This document shows, piece after piece, positions 37,588 to 46,712 of a DNA stretch of 64,000 nucleotides. The stretch is taken from positions 14,058 to 78,057 of the forward strand of contig MENQ01000004.1 in assembly GCA_001768325.1 (NCBI GenBank), read 5' to 3'. This stretch comes from Bacteroidetes bacterium GWC2_46_850 (lineage in GTDB: Bacteria; Bacteroidota; Bacteroidia; Bacteroidales; Dysgonomonadaceae). The notes below the pieces were generated by a model that was not told where the DNA came from, did no database searches, and saw only the letters and a list, made by a program, of their open reading frames with translations. Within the stretch, counting starts at the first letter, position 1. Every line of letters begins with the position of its first letter. Both the position numbers and the translations under genes were made by a program.

Positions 37588-38937
37588 ATGAATACGATTA
37601 CTGATCAGAAAAAGAATCGATTAGTGCCGATCATTATGATGATTGCACTTTTTGGTATGATCTCATTTGTGACCAACCTGGCAGCACCAATGGGACAAGT
37701 ATTAAAAGAACAATTCGGAGCTTCCAATTTTCAGGGATTGCTGGGTAATGCGGCGAACTTCATCGCTTACGCTGTCATGGGAATACCCGGTGGTATCTTA
37801 TTGCAGCGTGTGGGGTATAAAAAGACGGCGCTGATTGCTATTGCCGTCGGGTTCGTAGGTGTCTTCATTCAATATCTGTCAGGACATGCCGATCAGAGCA
37901 TGGCATTTGGCGTTTATCTGCTCGGTGCTTTCGTTGCCGGTTTCTCCATGTGTCTGTTGAATATCGTGGTAAATCCCATGCTGAACACATTAGGCGGGGG
38001 TGGTAACAAGGGAAATCAGCTTATTCAGGTGGGTGGCTCCTTTAACTCGGTGATGGCCACCTTCACACCTGCCTTCGTGGGTATTCTGATTGGTGAAGCC
38101 ACCAAGGCCAATATCAAGGATGTCTTCCCCGTGATGTACATCGCCATGGGCGTATTTGCAGTGGTATTCTTCGTGTTGCTTGCCGTGAACATTCCGGAAC
38201 CCTATATCACAAAAAACAAAGAGTCATTGAAACAACTCATGACGGGTGCACTTAAGTTCAGACATTTTGTGCTGGGTGCCATCGCTATCTTCGTCTATGT
38301 AGGCGTGGAAGTGGGTACTCCTGGTGTGATGATTTACTGGCTCTCCGATCATCCTGAAGTAGGTAAGACAATAGCTGGCGTTGTGGCCGGTACATACTGG
38401 CTCCTTATGCTGGCAGGGCGACTCATTGGCGCCTCCATCGGCAGCAAGGTTTCCAGTAAAGCGATGCTTACTGTTACCTCTTTTGTGGGAATGGTACTGA
38501 TCTTACTGGCTATCTTTTCTCCCACATCGACCATGGTCTCGCTGCCTGTACTGGAGCGTAGTGCCGGCGCACTCTCCTTCGGGTTGGCCGAGGTACCCAT
38601 CAACGCGATGTATATCGTACTGGTTGGTCTCTGCACCTCGATCATGTGGGGCGGTATCTTCAACCTGGCTGTAGAAGGGCTGGGTAAATACACGGCAGCC
38701 GCTTCCGGTATATTTATGGTACTTGTCTCCGGTGGTGGAATCCTTCCTGCCATCCAGGGTGGAGTGGCTGATGCTGCCGGCTATTTGTCCAGTTACTGGG
38801 TTGTTTTTATCTGTCTGGGTTACCTCTTCTTTTATGCTGTGATCGGTTCCAGGAATGTGAACCGTAACATCTCCGTAGAAGATGTCGATGATGTGCCCCT
38901 GGAAACAGCGCCTCAGAGCATGCCCGTCGAAGATTAA
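37588..38937 (+). CDS. sugar MFS transporter (GluP/FucP glucose-galactose family)
   Basis: 449 aa with 12 transmembrane segments, located between galM and galK. The FucP/GluP-like N-terminus reads FVTNLAAPMG. Confidence 0.85.
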   Translation: MNTITDQKKNRLVPIIMMIALFGMISFVTNLAAPMGQVLKEQFGASNFQGLLGNAANFIAYAVMGIPGGILLQRVGYKKTALIAIAVGFVGVFIQYLSGHADQSMAFGVYLLGAFVAGFSMCLLNIVVNPMLNTLGGGGNKGNQLIQVGGSFNSVMATFTPAFVGILIGEATKANIKDVFPVMYIAMGVFAVVFFVLLAVNIPEPYITKNKESLKQLMTGALKFRHFVLGAIAIFVYVGVEVGTPGVMIYWLSDHPEVGKTIAGVVAGTYWLLMLAGRLIGASIGSKVSSKAMLTVTSFVGMVLILLAIFSPTSTMVSLPVLERSAGALSFGLAEVPINAMYIVLVGLCTSIMWGGIFNLAVEGLGKYTAAASGIFMVLVSGGGILPAIQGGVADAAGYLSSYWVVFICLGYLFFYAVIGSRNVNRNISVEDVDDVPLETAPQSMPVED

Positions 38938-38955
38938 TCTATAAATACATGTGCT

Positions 38956-40104
38956 ATGACCAAAAACGAAATAATATCGATCTTTCAAAAGAAATTTGGG
39001 AGTGACACCCCTGCGGTGTACAGCTCCCCTGGCAGGGTCAACCTGATCGGGGAGCACACCGATTATAATGGCAGCTTTGTATTTCCCGGTGCCATCGACA
39101 AAGGAATGACCGCGGCCATCCGTTTCAACGGAACTGACAAGGTGAGAGCCTACGCAATCGATCTGGATGAAAGCTCCGAGTTCGGACTCAATGAAGCCGA
39201 TCTTCCGAAGGAAGGATGGGCCAAATATATATTCGGTGTCTGCCGCGAGATCATCAAAAGAGGCGGTAGCGTGAAAGGATTCGATACCGTCTTTACGGGT
39301 GATGTGCCCCTGGGAGCGGGAATGTCTTCCTCTGCGGCGCTCGAAAGCACGTTTGCCTTTGCGCTGAACGACCTGCTGAATCTGGGCATCGACAAGTTTG
39401 AACTGGCCCGCATCGGACAAAGCACGGAACATAACTACGTGGGTGTAAAGTGCGGCATCATGGATCAGTTTGCATCCATCTTCGGAAAGAAGGGCCACCT
39501 GATCCGTCTCGACACCAAATCGATGGAATATGCCTATTTCCCTTTCGATCCCAAAGGTTACAAGCTGGTGCTGCTCGACACGGTGGTGAAGCATGAACTG
39601 GCCTCCTCTGCCTACAACAAACGTCGTGAATCGTGTGAACATGCTGCGCGCACCATTGCTAAACGTCATCCCGAAGTGGAATTTCTGCGGGATGCCTCGC
39701 TGGAGATGCTCGACGAGGTGAAGGGTGAGATATCCCAAGAGGATTATATGCGTGCGAAGTATGTGATCGAGGAAACCCAACGGGTAAGAGACGTGAGCGA
39801 TGCCCTGGAGCGTGGAGATTACGAAACAGTGGGTGAGAAGATGTATGAAACACACCACGGTATGAGCAAACTTTACGAGGTGAGCTGCGAAGAGCTGGAT
39901 TTCCTCAACGATGTGGCCCGTGCACATGGTGTGACCGGCTCACGCGTGATGGGTGGAGGCTTTGGCGGATGTACCATCAACCTGGTGAAGGATGATCTTT
40001 ACGACTCGTTTATCCGGGATGCCAAGGCACAGTTCAGCGCCAAATACGGCCATGAGCCGAAGGTGTATGACGTGGTCATCAGCGACGGAGCACGCAGGCT
40101 CTGA
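38956..40104 (+). CDS. galK: galactokinase
   Basis: 382 aa with the galactokinase signature GRVNLIGEHTDYNG and the GHMP motif PLGAGMSSSAALE. Confidence 0.95.
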   Translation: MTKNEIISIFQKKFGSDTPAVYSSPGRVNLIGEHTDYNGSFVFPGAIDKGMTAAIRFNGTDKVRAYAIDLDESSEFGLNEADLPKEGWAKYIFGVCREIIKRGGSVKGFDTVFTGDVPLGAGMSSSAALESTFAFALNDLLNLGIDKFELARIGQSTEHNYVGVKCGIMDQFASIFGKKGHLIRLDTKSMEYAYFPFDPKGYKLVLLDTVVKHELASSAYNKRRESCEHAARTIAKRHPEVEFLRDASLEMLDEVKGEISQEDYMRAKYVIEETQRVRDVSDALERGDYETVGEKMYETHHGMSKLYEVSCEELDFLNDVARAHGVTGSRVMGGGFGGCTINLVKDDLYDSFIRDAKAQFSAKYGHEPKVYDVVISDGARRL

Positions 40105-40127
40105 TTGCGGTCACCGCACAGCAAGTT

Positions 40128-40177
40128 GGAAGCAGGATAACTTATGATGCCTGCTTCCGACTTTAAATCTTTTTTTA
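40128..40177 (+). terminator. hairpin terminator after galK
   Basis: GGAAGCAGG-N13-CCTGCTTCC is a perfect 9-bp stem, followed by GACTTTAAATCTTTTTTTA. It overlaps the first 15 codons of the track ORF that starts at 40144. Confidence 0.55.
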
Positions 40178-40191
40178 TACCTTCTATTGCT

Positions 40192-40884
40192 ATGTCTGAC
40201 ATTTTTTACCAAAACAATGTTCACTTTTTGATTGCGGTAGATTGCATCATCTTTGGATTTCATAACAAAGAACTGCATCTGCTGCTTACACGCCGACCGG
40301 TAGAACCGCTGAAAAACGAATGGTCCCTCATGGGTGGATTCATGGAAGAGAATGAAAGTCTCAACCAGGCTGCAGAGAAAGTGCTTTATCGCTATACCCG
40401 GCAGAAAGGTATTTACATGGAACAGGTGGGAGCTTACGGAGAGATGAACAGGGATAGTGGTGGCAGGGTTATTTCTGTGGCATTTTATGCCTTGGTGCAG
40501 ATGGAGAAGTTCAATACCTCACAGGCTCAGGATTTTGATGCCCGCTGGATCAACATCAACGAGCTGCCTGAGTTGGTCTTCGACCACAACCGGATGGTCG
40601 CCGATGCACTCATGCTGTTGCAGTATAAAGTATCGAGGGAACCGGTCATCTTTCATTTTTTCGATGGAAAGTTTACGCTTCCCGCCCTGCAGGACCTTTA
40701 TGAGACGATATACCAGATGCCGCTCGACAAACGGAATTTCCGCAAGAAGCTGGCCACAATGAACATCCTGGACAGGCTAGGGGTGAAAGATAAGGAGAGT
40801 TCGAAGCGGGGAGCTTTCTACTATTCATTTAATCCGAAGAAATACGAGGAATACCTGGAGACAGGCAAACGCTTCTCTCTCTGA
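40192..40884 (+). CDS. NrtR-like regulator: degenerate Nudix domain + C-terminal winged-helix domain
   Basis: Starts MSDIFYQNNVHFLIAVDCIIFGF. The Nudix-box region GGFMEENESLNQAAEKVLYRYTRQKG lacks the REx2EE catalytic glutamates. The C-terminal ~90 aa (LQDLYETIYQMPLDKRNFRKKL) resemble NrtR DNA-binding domains. I chose the start downstream of the galK terminator. Confidence 0.7.
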   Translation: MSDIFYQNNVHFLIAVDCIIFGFHNKELHLLLTRRPVEPLKNEWSLMGGFMEENESLNQAAEKVLYRYTRQKGIYMEQVGAYGEMNRDSGGRVISVAFYALVQMEKFNTSQAQDFDARWININELPELVFDHNRMVADALMLLQYKVSREPVIFHFFDGKFTLPALQDLYETIYQMPLDKRNFRKKLATMNILDRLGVKDKESSKRGAFYYSFNPKKYEEYLETGKRFSL

Positions 40885-40942
40885 GATGGAAGTCGGTTGG
40901 TAATCCTACTTCCGCTCCATGATGTCGGTCGGCTGCCGCTGC

Positions 40943-41650
40943 TTATTTTTTGAGATAATAATTTACGGTGGTCACCACCCGCACATTTTTGATGTAGGGA
41001 GTATTTGCATCCCGGTCGGTGATGGTGAACTGTCCCTGCGACGCATTGCGGATTTTACCCAGCTTACTGCCCGAGTCCATGGCAAATTTTTCGGCCGCCT
41101 CACGGGCATTCTTTGTCGCATCTTCGATCATGGCCGGCTTGATGTTGTTTAACCCGGTGAATTCATAGAGTGTGTTATACCGATAGTCGCCACCTGTAAT
41201 GGCTACTCCCTGTTTCAACAATTCTGTCTGTTCTGAAATCAGTTTGCGTATTTTGTCCACATCGGAGGAGGTAACTGTAATGACCGACGTGGCATTGTAC
41301 CGATACTGAATGGCCTGATTCGTGTATCGTTCTGCCTCCATATCAATGATCTCGGGAGGGGCAACACTGATTTCTTCGCGGTTGATGCCATTCGACTGTA
41401 AAAAATCGATGATGGTTCTGTTTTTAGTCTGAATGTTGGTGTAGAGCGTTGTCAAATCATTTCCAAGATCTTTATACATCAACGGCCAAATCACCTTATC
41501 GGCTGGTACCTCCATCTCGGCAAGTCCCTTCACGGTTACCAGACGGTCACGATTGGTAAAGTTGTTGAAGGCAGTGCTCAGTATGATACCTGTCACCACC
41601 AAACCTGCGGCAAGGATGGCCGCTTCCATAATCCGGTTTTTTATATTCAT
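40943..41650 (-). CDS. SIMPL-domain (DUF541/YggE-like) protein
   Basis: 235 aa with an N-terminal membrane anchor and the SIMPL-like pattern (...VTVKGLAEMEVPADK ... ARE AAEKFA ... LGKI ...). Confidence 0.8.
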   Translation of the reverse strand: MNIKNRIMEAAILAAGLVVTGIILSTAFNNFTNRDRLVTVKGLAEMEVPADKVIWPLMYKDLGNDLTTLYTNIQTKNRTIIDFLQSNGINREEISVAPPEIIDMEAERYTNQAIQYRYNATSVITVTSSDVDKIRKLISEQTELLKQGVAITGGDYRYNTLYEFTGLNNIKPAMIEDATKNAREAAEKFAMDSGSKLGKIRNASQGQFTITDRDANTPYIKNVRVVTTVNYYLKK

Positions 41651-41678
41651 ATCATCCTTCTTTTGTTGTTTATTCCGT

Positions 41679-41686
41679 CAAAGTTA
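41679..41686 (-). promoter_or_regulatory. -7 promoter box TAACTTTG upstream of the SIMPL gene
   Basis: Exact TAnnTTTG match on the minus strand, 29 nt upstream of ATG 41650. Confidence 0.4.
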
Positions 41687-41717
41687 AGAACTTTTGAGCT
41701 ATCTGCATTATTTGCGG

Positions 41718-43163
41718 TCATTCGTTTCTCATTTCAGACAATAGATCGTCTATCCTGATCGTGGCAAATGTGGTAACCACATCACCAACGGCGTAAGGTA
41801 GCACCAGTGTACGGTTTACTACCAGGGCTCCGCAGGTGTAAATCACATTGGGTACATAACCTGAGCTCTCTTCTTTTGAAGGGGTGAGCAAAGGCTCTTT
41901 CAATCGCCCGATCACCTCCAGGGGATTTTCTTTATCAAGCAGTATGGCACCGAGAGAGTAGGTGCGTACCGGTCCCACACCGTGCGTAATTACCAGCCAT
42001 CCCTCATCAATTTCAATTGGAGAACCGCAATTCCCTATCTGAATCAGTTCCCAATCGTAGGTTGGTTTCAACAGTGGTTGGTATTCATACCAGAAATAGA
42101 GATTGTCTGATTTCATGATGTAAAGCGACTCATTATCCTGACGTCCCAACATCATGTAACTTCCATTGATTTTACGCGGAAAAAGTGCCATACCCTTATT
42201 GCTTGCACCGGGACCATTCAGAGTAGCTATCTTGAAGGATTTAAAATCTGATGTCTCAAGGAACTCAGGCATGATGGTCTTTCCGTTGTAGGCAGTGAAT
42301 GTTGCATAGTAAACCACACGCTGATCGTCATGTACGAACTGCACAAAACGAGCGTCTTCCAATCCGTTGCTTTGTGAGGGGGAAGCAGGGTAAATAGCCC
42401 GCTCGGTAAGATCGTCGGTCGTGAAGTCAAGCGAAAAGTTGGAGAGTGCCAGTGAACGAATGTTGTTCATGGATACTTCCAGCTCTTCGGTGCTCACGGT
42501 AGTATTTTCCTTGAAAGTACGATTGATCGCTTTGGTTAGTTCCACATAGGAGAACTCATCGGGCATGTTATTAAACAATTCCCTGTTGAGATTGGTGAGG
42601 ATGCCCAACTCGTGAGCCTTCTTTACCATAAGTTCTTTTTCGTAATGATGCTCAAACCGCTCCGGTTCATATACCACAGGAGAGTTTTCGGCTACCGATA
42701 TATTAAGGTCGGCATCGATCTCACCCTCCATGAAAGTGATGGAGGATATATGTCCCTCACCAACAGCCCGCAAGCTGATGATAAAACGGAGTACACCTTC
42801 CTTATCCTGCACGGGATGGGGTATGATGGAGGGATTGAATAGGGCTGTGGATTCAAGTGCATACTGCTGCGTAAAGAAAGCGCCGATGAATCTTTTGTCA
42901 TCATTGGTGAGTTCTATGTTGGAAGGAATACGATGCTCAACATGACCGAAGTGTCGGAGAAAGATACGCTGAATGACCTCCGGCGATACTTCAATCCGCT
43001 CGCATGCACTCTGAAGGATTTGTTTTCTCTTCTTTTTGGGGATCGCAAAAGCCCGGAACAGAATATGTTCTACCTGATATTTGCTTGCCGGTATAAAGGG
43101 ACGTACCAGCGTGCGCCTCGAGGAGGGCACGATCTGGATGGAATGTCTTTGCATTTCTATCAT
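41718..43163 (-). CDS. GH130-like (DUF377 beta-propeller) glycosidase/phosphorylase with ~240-aa unknown N-terminal domain
   Basis: 481 aa. The C-terminal part carries GH130-like motifs (NGLEDARFVQF, YYATFTAYNG, ...NKGMALFPRK..., ...VPNVIYTCG...). There is no signal peptide. The ATG overlaps the stop of the upstream GT gene (ATGA). Confidence 0.7.
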   Translation of the reverse strand: MIEMQRHSIQIVPSSRRTLVRPFIPASKYQVEHILFRAFAIPKKKRKQILQSACERIEVSPEVIQRIFLRHFGHVEHRIPSNIELTNDDKRFIGAFFTQQYALESTALFNPSIIPHPVQDKEGVLRFIISLRAVGEGHISSITFMEGEIDADLNISVAENSPVVYEPERFEHHYEKELMVKKAHELGILTNLNRELFNNMPDEFSYVELTKAINRTFKENTTVSTEELEVSMNNIRSLALSNFSLDFTTDDLTERAIYPASPSQSNGLEDARFVQFVHDDQRVVYYATFTAYNGKTIMPEFLETSDFKSFKIATLNGPGASNKGMALFPRKINGSYMMLGRQDNESLYIMKSDNLYFWYEYQPLLKPTYDWELIQIGNCGSPIEIDEGWLVITHGVGPVRTYSLGAILLDKENPLEVIGRLKEPLLTPSKEESSGYVPNVIYTCGALVVNRTLVLPYAVGDVVTTFATIRIDDLLSEMRNE

Positions 43164-45391
43164 GACAGTATATTATTTTTATTTCGTATATAGAATGAAA
43201 TATTTAACAGAGAGAGAAGCCATGAGAGGGTCGACTCGGCACCCTGGTTCAGGTTCACCCCATCTTTGTGAAGCCCATCGCGGCAACCTCCCGTTGAGAA
43301 GTCGTACAGGGGTCGTGCAGAGTCGTTATCGCCAGTGAACCAATAGAAAGCTTTCAATGCATAATTGCCATAGGTACCATCCTTTGTGAATCCTTCGGCT
43401 TCCAGGCAAGCATCAATCATGCCATTGGCTTCCAGTGGCTGTTGATCGAATTGTGTCTTTTCCTGTGGGGTGAACCACCCCATATTACCGACGGGCGAGA
43501 AGATACCATGATGGAACTGATGGGCAATAAGCCAGTTCAAAATCTTCAATCCCCGCTGAACCCATGCGTCGTTGTTTAAAAACATGCCTGCCTGGATCAT
43601 TGCCTGGGGAATGCGGCTGTTGGCATAGCTTACCTTTTCATCAAACCATTGCCAATCACTGTCTATATTTTGTTCAAAGAGATCGTATAGTTTTCCGGCA
43701 CAATACTTCACCTTTTCAATCACCTCATGTGATTCGTATGTTTTGGCATAATAGACCAATCCCATGACAGCATATGCCAGTGCACGGGGATGGGTCAGAT
43801 CATCCAGCGAGGGAAGCATCTTTTCAAACAGGTGATTGGCATGATGTTGAAAATTGGCTACATGGGTGTTGGAGACGGTATATCCCAAAGCCCAGGCTGC
43901 TCTGCCCGTTGTATCCTCCGACCCCTCCTCATCAAGCCATTCCCGCTGATAGTTCATGAAGTTTCTGAATTTTCCGTTTGCGGGATTGTATGCATGATCA
44001 ATAAAGGATAGGTAGATCCCCGTAAGCCGGTTCACTTCGTCCATATCCTGTACCTCATTTTCCAGTATCACGGAAAGCAGCAGCGCGCGGGTGTTGTCGT
44101 CGGTACAGTAACCATGGTTGCGGTCGGGTACATTGTATTTGGCATGCTGCAGCATGCCGGTATAGTCGGTCATCCCCCTGAGGTGATCCAGCTTGAGCGG
44201 AGGAAGGATGAAATTGGGTTCAATCACCTCTGCCGTCGTCTTGAAGCTCTCTGACCTGTCTTCCGCAATAAGGAAATCGGCCAGCTCATAATACTGCCTG
44301 CTGATGAGCGGCCAGTAACATGTTCTGGCCAGGTCGAAAGCATTTTGGGAGATGGCGCTACATTTTTCCTCATCGTCAAGCAGTTCATTGATCAAATCCC
44401 CCAGTTGTGATGAGTTCATGAAGTCGAATAACAGACCACGGTTGTCGGCAAGCATTTCCCGGGCGTACCAGAAAGGGGTGGAGATAATTGGTTTTGCTGC
44501 ACCCATGGTATAAATCAGTGTGCCGGAAGAAATCTGTTTTTCTCCCAGATAAGGGATCACATAGATATCGCACAATGCCAGGAAGCTGAAAAGCTCCTCA
44601 TTGGAAACAAAACGATTGATGAATATGACATTTTTTTCCAGCTTCAGCTTATTGATCAGCCTGATAAGGCTGAGCCGATAATCTTCACCTTCCTGTTTCA
44701 TTACGTGAGGATGGGTAGCCCCCAACACGACATATACCGTGTCGGGGTGTTTTTTTACTACTTCGGGTAACGCATTGATAACTACTTCGATTGATTTGTT
44801 CCGGGAGAGGAGGCCGAAAGTGAGTAGGATCTTCTTGTTTTCCACGCCCAGTTTTTTTCTGAGTCCTGAGACATTGATGGGTGCAATCTGATGTACGCCA
44901 TGATGAATGTGAACACATTGTTCATCCGGTAAGCCATACACGTCACAGAGCAACTCAATACCCTTTTGGGAAATGGAGACAAGTTTGCGGGAGAAGCGTG
45001 CAATTTCAGTCACTACTCTGCGTTGGTTTTTGGTAGGATTATCGATTACTGTATGAAATGTGGTGAGAACGGGCATGCGCAAACGCATTAACAGCTGGAT
45101 GATGTACATACCGTCGTCTCCTCCGAAAATGCCAAACTCATGCTGCAGAATCACTGCATCAAAATCATTGGTATTCAGGAACTGAGCTGCGTGGATGTAG
45201 GAGGGTATCACATTTTGTTCAATCTCAAAAACAACCTCTTCGGGATAATCGTACCGGATCAGTCCGTCATTCATCGCCACCACAGCAGTTGATACACCAA
45301 TATCTTTAAATCCGTCATTCAGATCCTTTGTAAATGTGGCAATACCACACTGACGGGGAGGATAGTTTCCGATAATAGCAATTTTATTCAT
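43160..45391 (-). CDS. GT4-family glycosyltransferase fused to a ~370-aa C-terminal domain of unknown function
   Basis: 743 aa. The N-terminal half is GT-B/GT4-like (IAIIGNYPPRQCGIATFTKDL ... VYVVLGATHP ... EKQISSGTLIYTMGAAKPIISTP). The C-terminal half (DDNTRALLL, GRAAWALGY, W-rich repeats) suggests an alpha/alpha-toroid, but I did not recognise it securely. No signal peptide. Confidence 0.75.
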   Translation of the reverse strand: MNKIAIIGNYPPRQCGIATFTKDLNDGFKDIGVSTAVVAMNDGLIRYDYPEEVVFEIEQNVIPSYIHAAQFLNTNDFDAVILQHEFGIFGGDDGMYIIQLLMRLRMPVLTTFHTVIDNPTKNQRRVVTEIARFSRKLVSISQKGIELLCDVYGLPDEQCVHIHHGVHQIAPINVSGLRKKLGVENKKILLTFGLLSRNKSIEVVINALPEVVKKHPDTVYVVLGATHPHVMKQEGEDYRLSLIRLINKLKLEKNVIFINRFVSNEELFSFLALCDIYVIPYLGEKQISSGTLIYTMGAAKPIISTPFWYAREMLADNRGLLFDFMNSSQLGDLINELLDDEEKCSAISQNAFDLARTCYWPLISRQYYELADFLIAEDRSESFKTTAEVIEPNFILPPLKLDHLRGMTDYTGMLQHAKYNVPDRNHGYCTDDNTRALLLSVILENEVQDMDEVNRLTGIYLSFIDHAYNPANGKFRNFMNYQREWLDEEGSEDTTGRAAWALGYTVSNTHVANFQHHANHLFEKMLPSLDDLTHPRALAYAVMGLVYYAKTYESHEVIEKVKYCAGKLYDLFEQNIDSDWQWFDEKVSYANSRIPQAMIQAGMFLNNDAWVQRGLKILNWLIAHQFHHGIFSPVGNMGWFTPQEKTQFDQQPLEANGMIDACLEAEGFTKDGTYGNYALKAFYWFTGDNDSARPLYDFSTGGCRDGLHKDGVNLNQGAESTLSWLLSLLNISFYIRNKNNILS

Positions 45392-45562
45392 ACATTGATA
45401 GAATTTTATGTTTCACTGCGCATAAATGTTTATCATAATACTTCTTAAACAGATTAAACCAATTTAGTTTCGTTAAAAATGTAAAAATGACAGATAAAAA
45501 TCCTTTTAACATCCAGATTATTGATTTTTGTGTGATGTGTATCGCAGTTTCATTTTTTTTCC

Positions 45563-45570
45563 TATCTTTG
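45563..45570 (+). promoter_or_regulatory. -7 promoter box TATCTTTG upstream of carA
   Basis: Exact TAnnTTTG match 48 nt upstream of ATG 45618. Confidence 0.45.
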
Positions 45571-45617
45571 TGCCCTAATATCATACGATATCAACTCATC
45601 AAACCAATAGTGGCACT

Positions 45618-46703
45618 ATGCACAGATACAAACCGGTGCGGTTGATCCTTGAAAACGGGACGGTTTTTCACGGACAATCGTTTGGAGCCGAAAAGGCAAC
45701 ATCGGGAGAGGTCGTTTTCAGTACAGCAATGGTCGGTTATCCCGAAAGTCTGACAGACCCCTCCTACGAAGGACAGATTTTAACACTCACATATCCCATC
45801 ATCGGAAATTACGGAGTTCCCGCACAAAGCGAAACAGACGGAATTTCCGATTTTTTTGAGTCCGCACGGATCCATGCCGCCGGCCTCATCGTACAGGATT
45901 ATTGCGACGATTACTCACACTGGAATGCGCAGGAGAGTCTGAGCGACTGGCTGCGACAGAACGGAGTCCCCGGCATCTCCGGCATTGATACCCGACAGCT
46001 CACAAAGGTATTGCGGGAAAAAGGATCCATGCTGGGAAAGATTGTCTTTGAGGAAGAGGATGAAATTGATTTTTACGATCCGGAAAGCGAAAACCTGGTT
46101 GCAAGGGTAAGTTGCAAAGAGCCGGTAGAGTATGGATATGGGGATAAGAAAGTAGTACTGATCGATTGTGGTGCGAAGTTGAATATCGTACGCGAGCTGA
46201 TCAAACGAAATATACATCTGGTCAGGGTGCCCTGGGATTATGATTTTTCAGGGATCGATTACGACGGGCTCTTTATCTCCAATGGACCGGGAAATCCCGG
46301 CTACTGTGAAGTCACCGTGGAGCATATCCGGGAGGCGATGCAGCGGAATAAACCGATCTTTGGCATCTGTATGGGAAACCAGTTGCTGGCCAAGGCAGCA
46401 GGGGCAAACACCTACAAGCTGAAATACGGACACCGCAGCCACAATCAGCCCGTGCGAAGAGTAGGAGGCAGCTCATGCTTTATTACTTCGCAAAATCACG
46501 GTTATGCGGTGGATGAATCACTCCTGGGTGACGAATGGGAACCCTGGTTTATCAATATGAACGACGGCACCAATGAAGGAATCCGGCACAAAACAAAACC
46601 GTTTTTTTCGGTACAGTTTCACCCGGAGGCAACGGGTGGACCGACCGATACACGGTTTTTCTTTGATGAATTTGTGAAGTCAGTAATCAGTAATCAATCG
46701 TAG
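45618..46703 (+). CDS. carA: carbamoyl-phosphate synthase small (glutaminase) subunit
   Basis: 361 aa. The class-I amidotransferase nucleophile is in GICMGNQLL, and the His-Glu pair is in FSVQFHPEA. Confidence 0.95.
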   Translation: MHRYKPVRLILENGTVFHGQSFGAEKATSGEVVFSTAMVGYPESLTDPSYEGQILTLTYPIIGNYGVPAQSETDGISDFFESARIHAAGLIVQDYCDDYSHWNAQESLSDWLRQNGVPGISGIDTRQLTKVLREKGSMLGKIVFEEEDEIDFYDPESENLVARVSCKEPVEYGYGDKKVVLIDCGAKLNIVRELIKRNIHLVRVPWDYDFSGIDYDGLFISNGPGNPGYCEVTVEHIREAMQRNKPIFGICMGNQLLAKAAGANTYKLKYGHRSHNQPVRRVGGSSCFITSQNHGYAVDESLLGDEWEPWFINMNDGTNEGIRHKTKPFFSVQFHPEATGGPTDTRFFFDEFVKSVISNQS

Positions 46704-46712
46704 TAGAATAAT

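Noticed and set aside
38503-39927. Very long (474 aa) minus-strand ORF antisense to galK and the 3' end of the sugar MFS gene, spanning the intergenic gap
   Set aside because: The plus strand here encodes two proteins with unmistakable family signatures (galactokinase GRVNLIGEHTDYNG and PLGAGMSSSAALE; a 12-TM MFS). The antisense translation is His/Phe/Cys/Arg-rich with no recognisable motif, and no promoter box or sensible start context is present. I treat it as a shadow ORF produced by codon bias. Only ribosome profiling could revive it.
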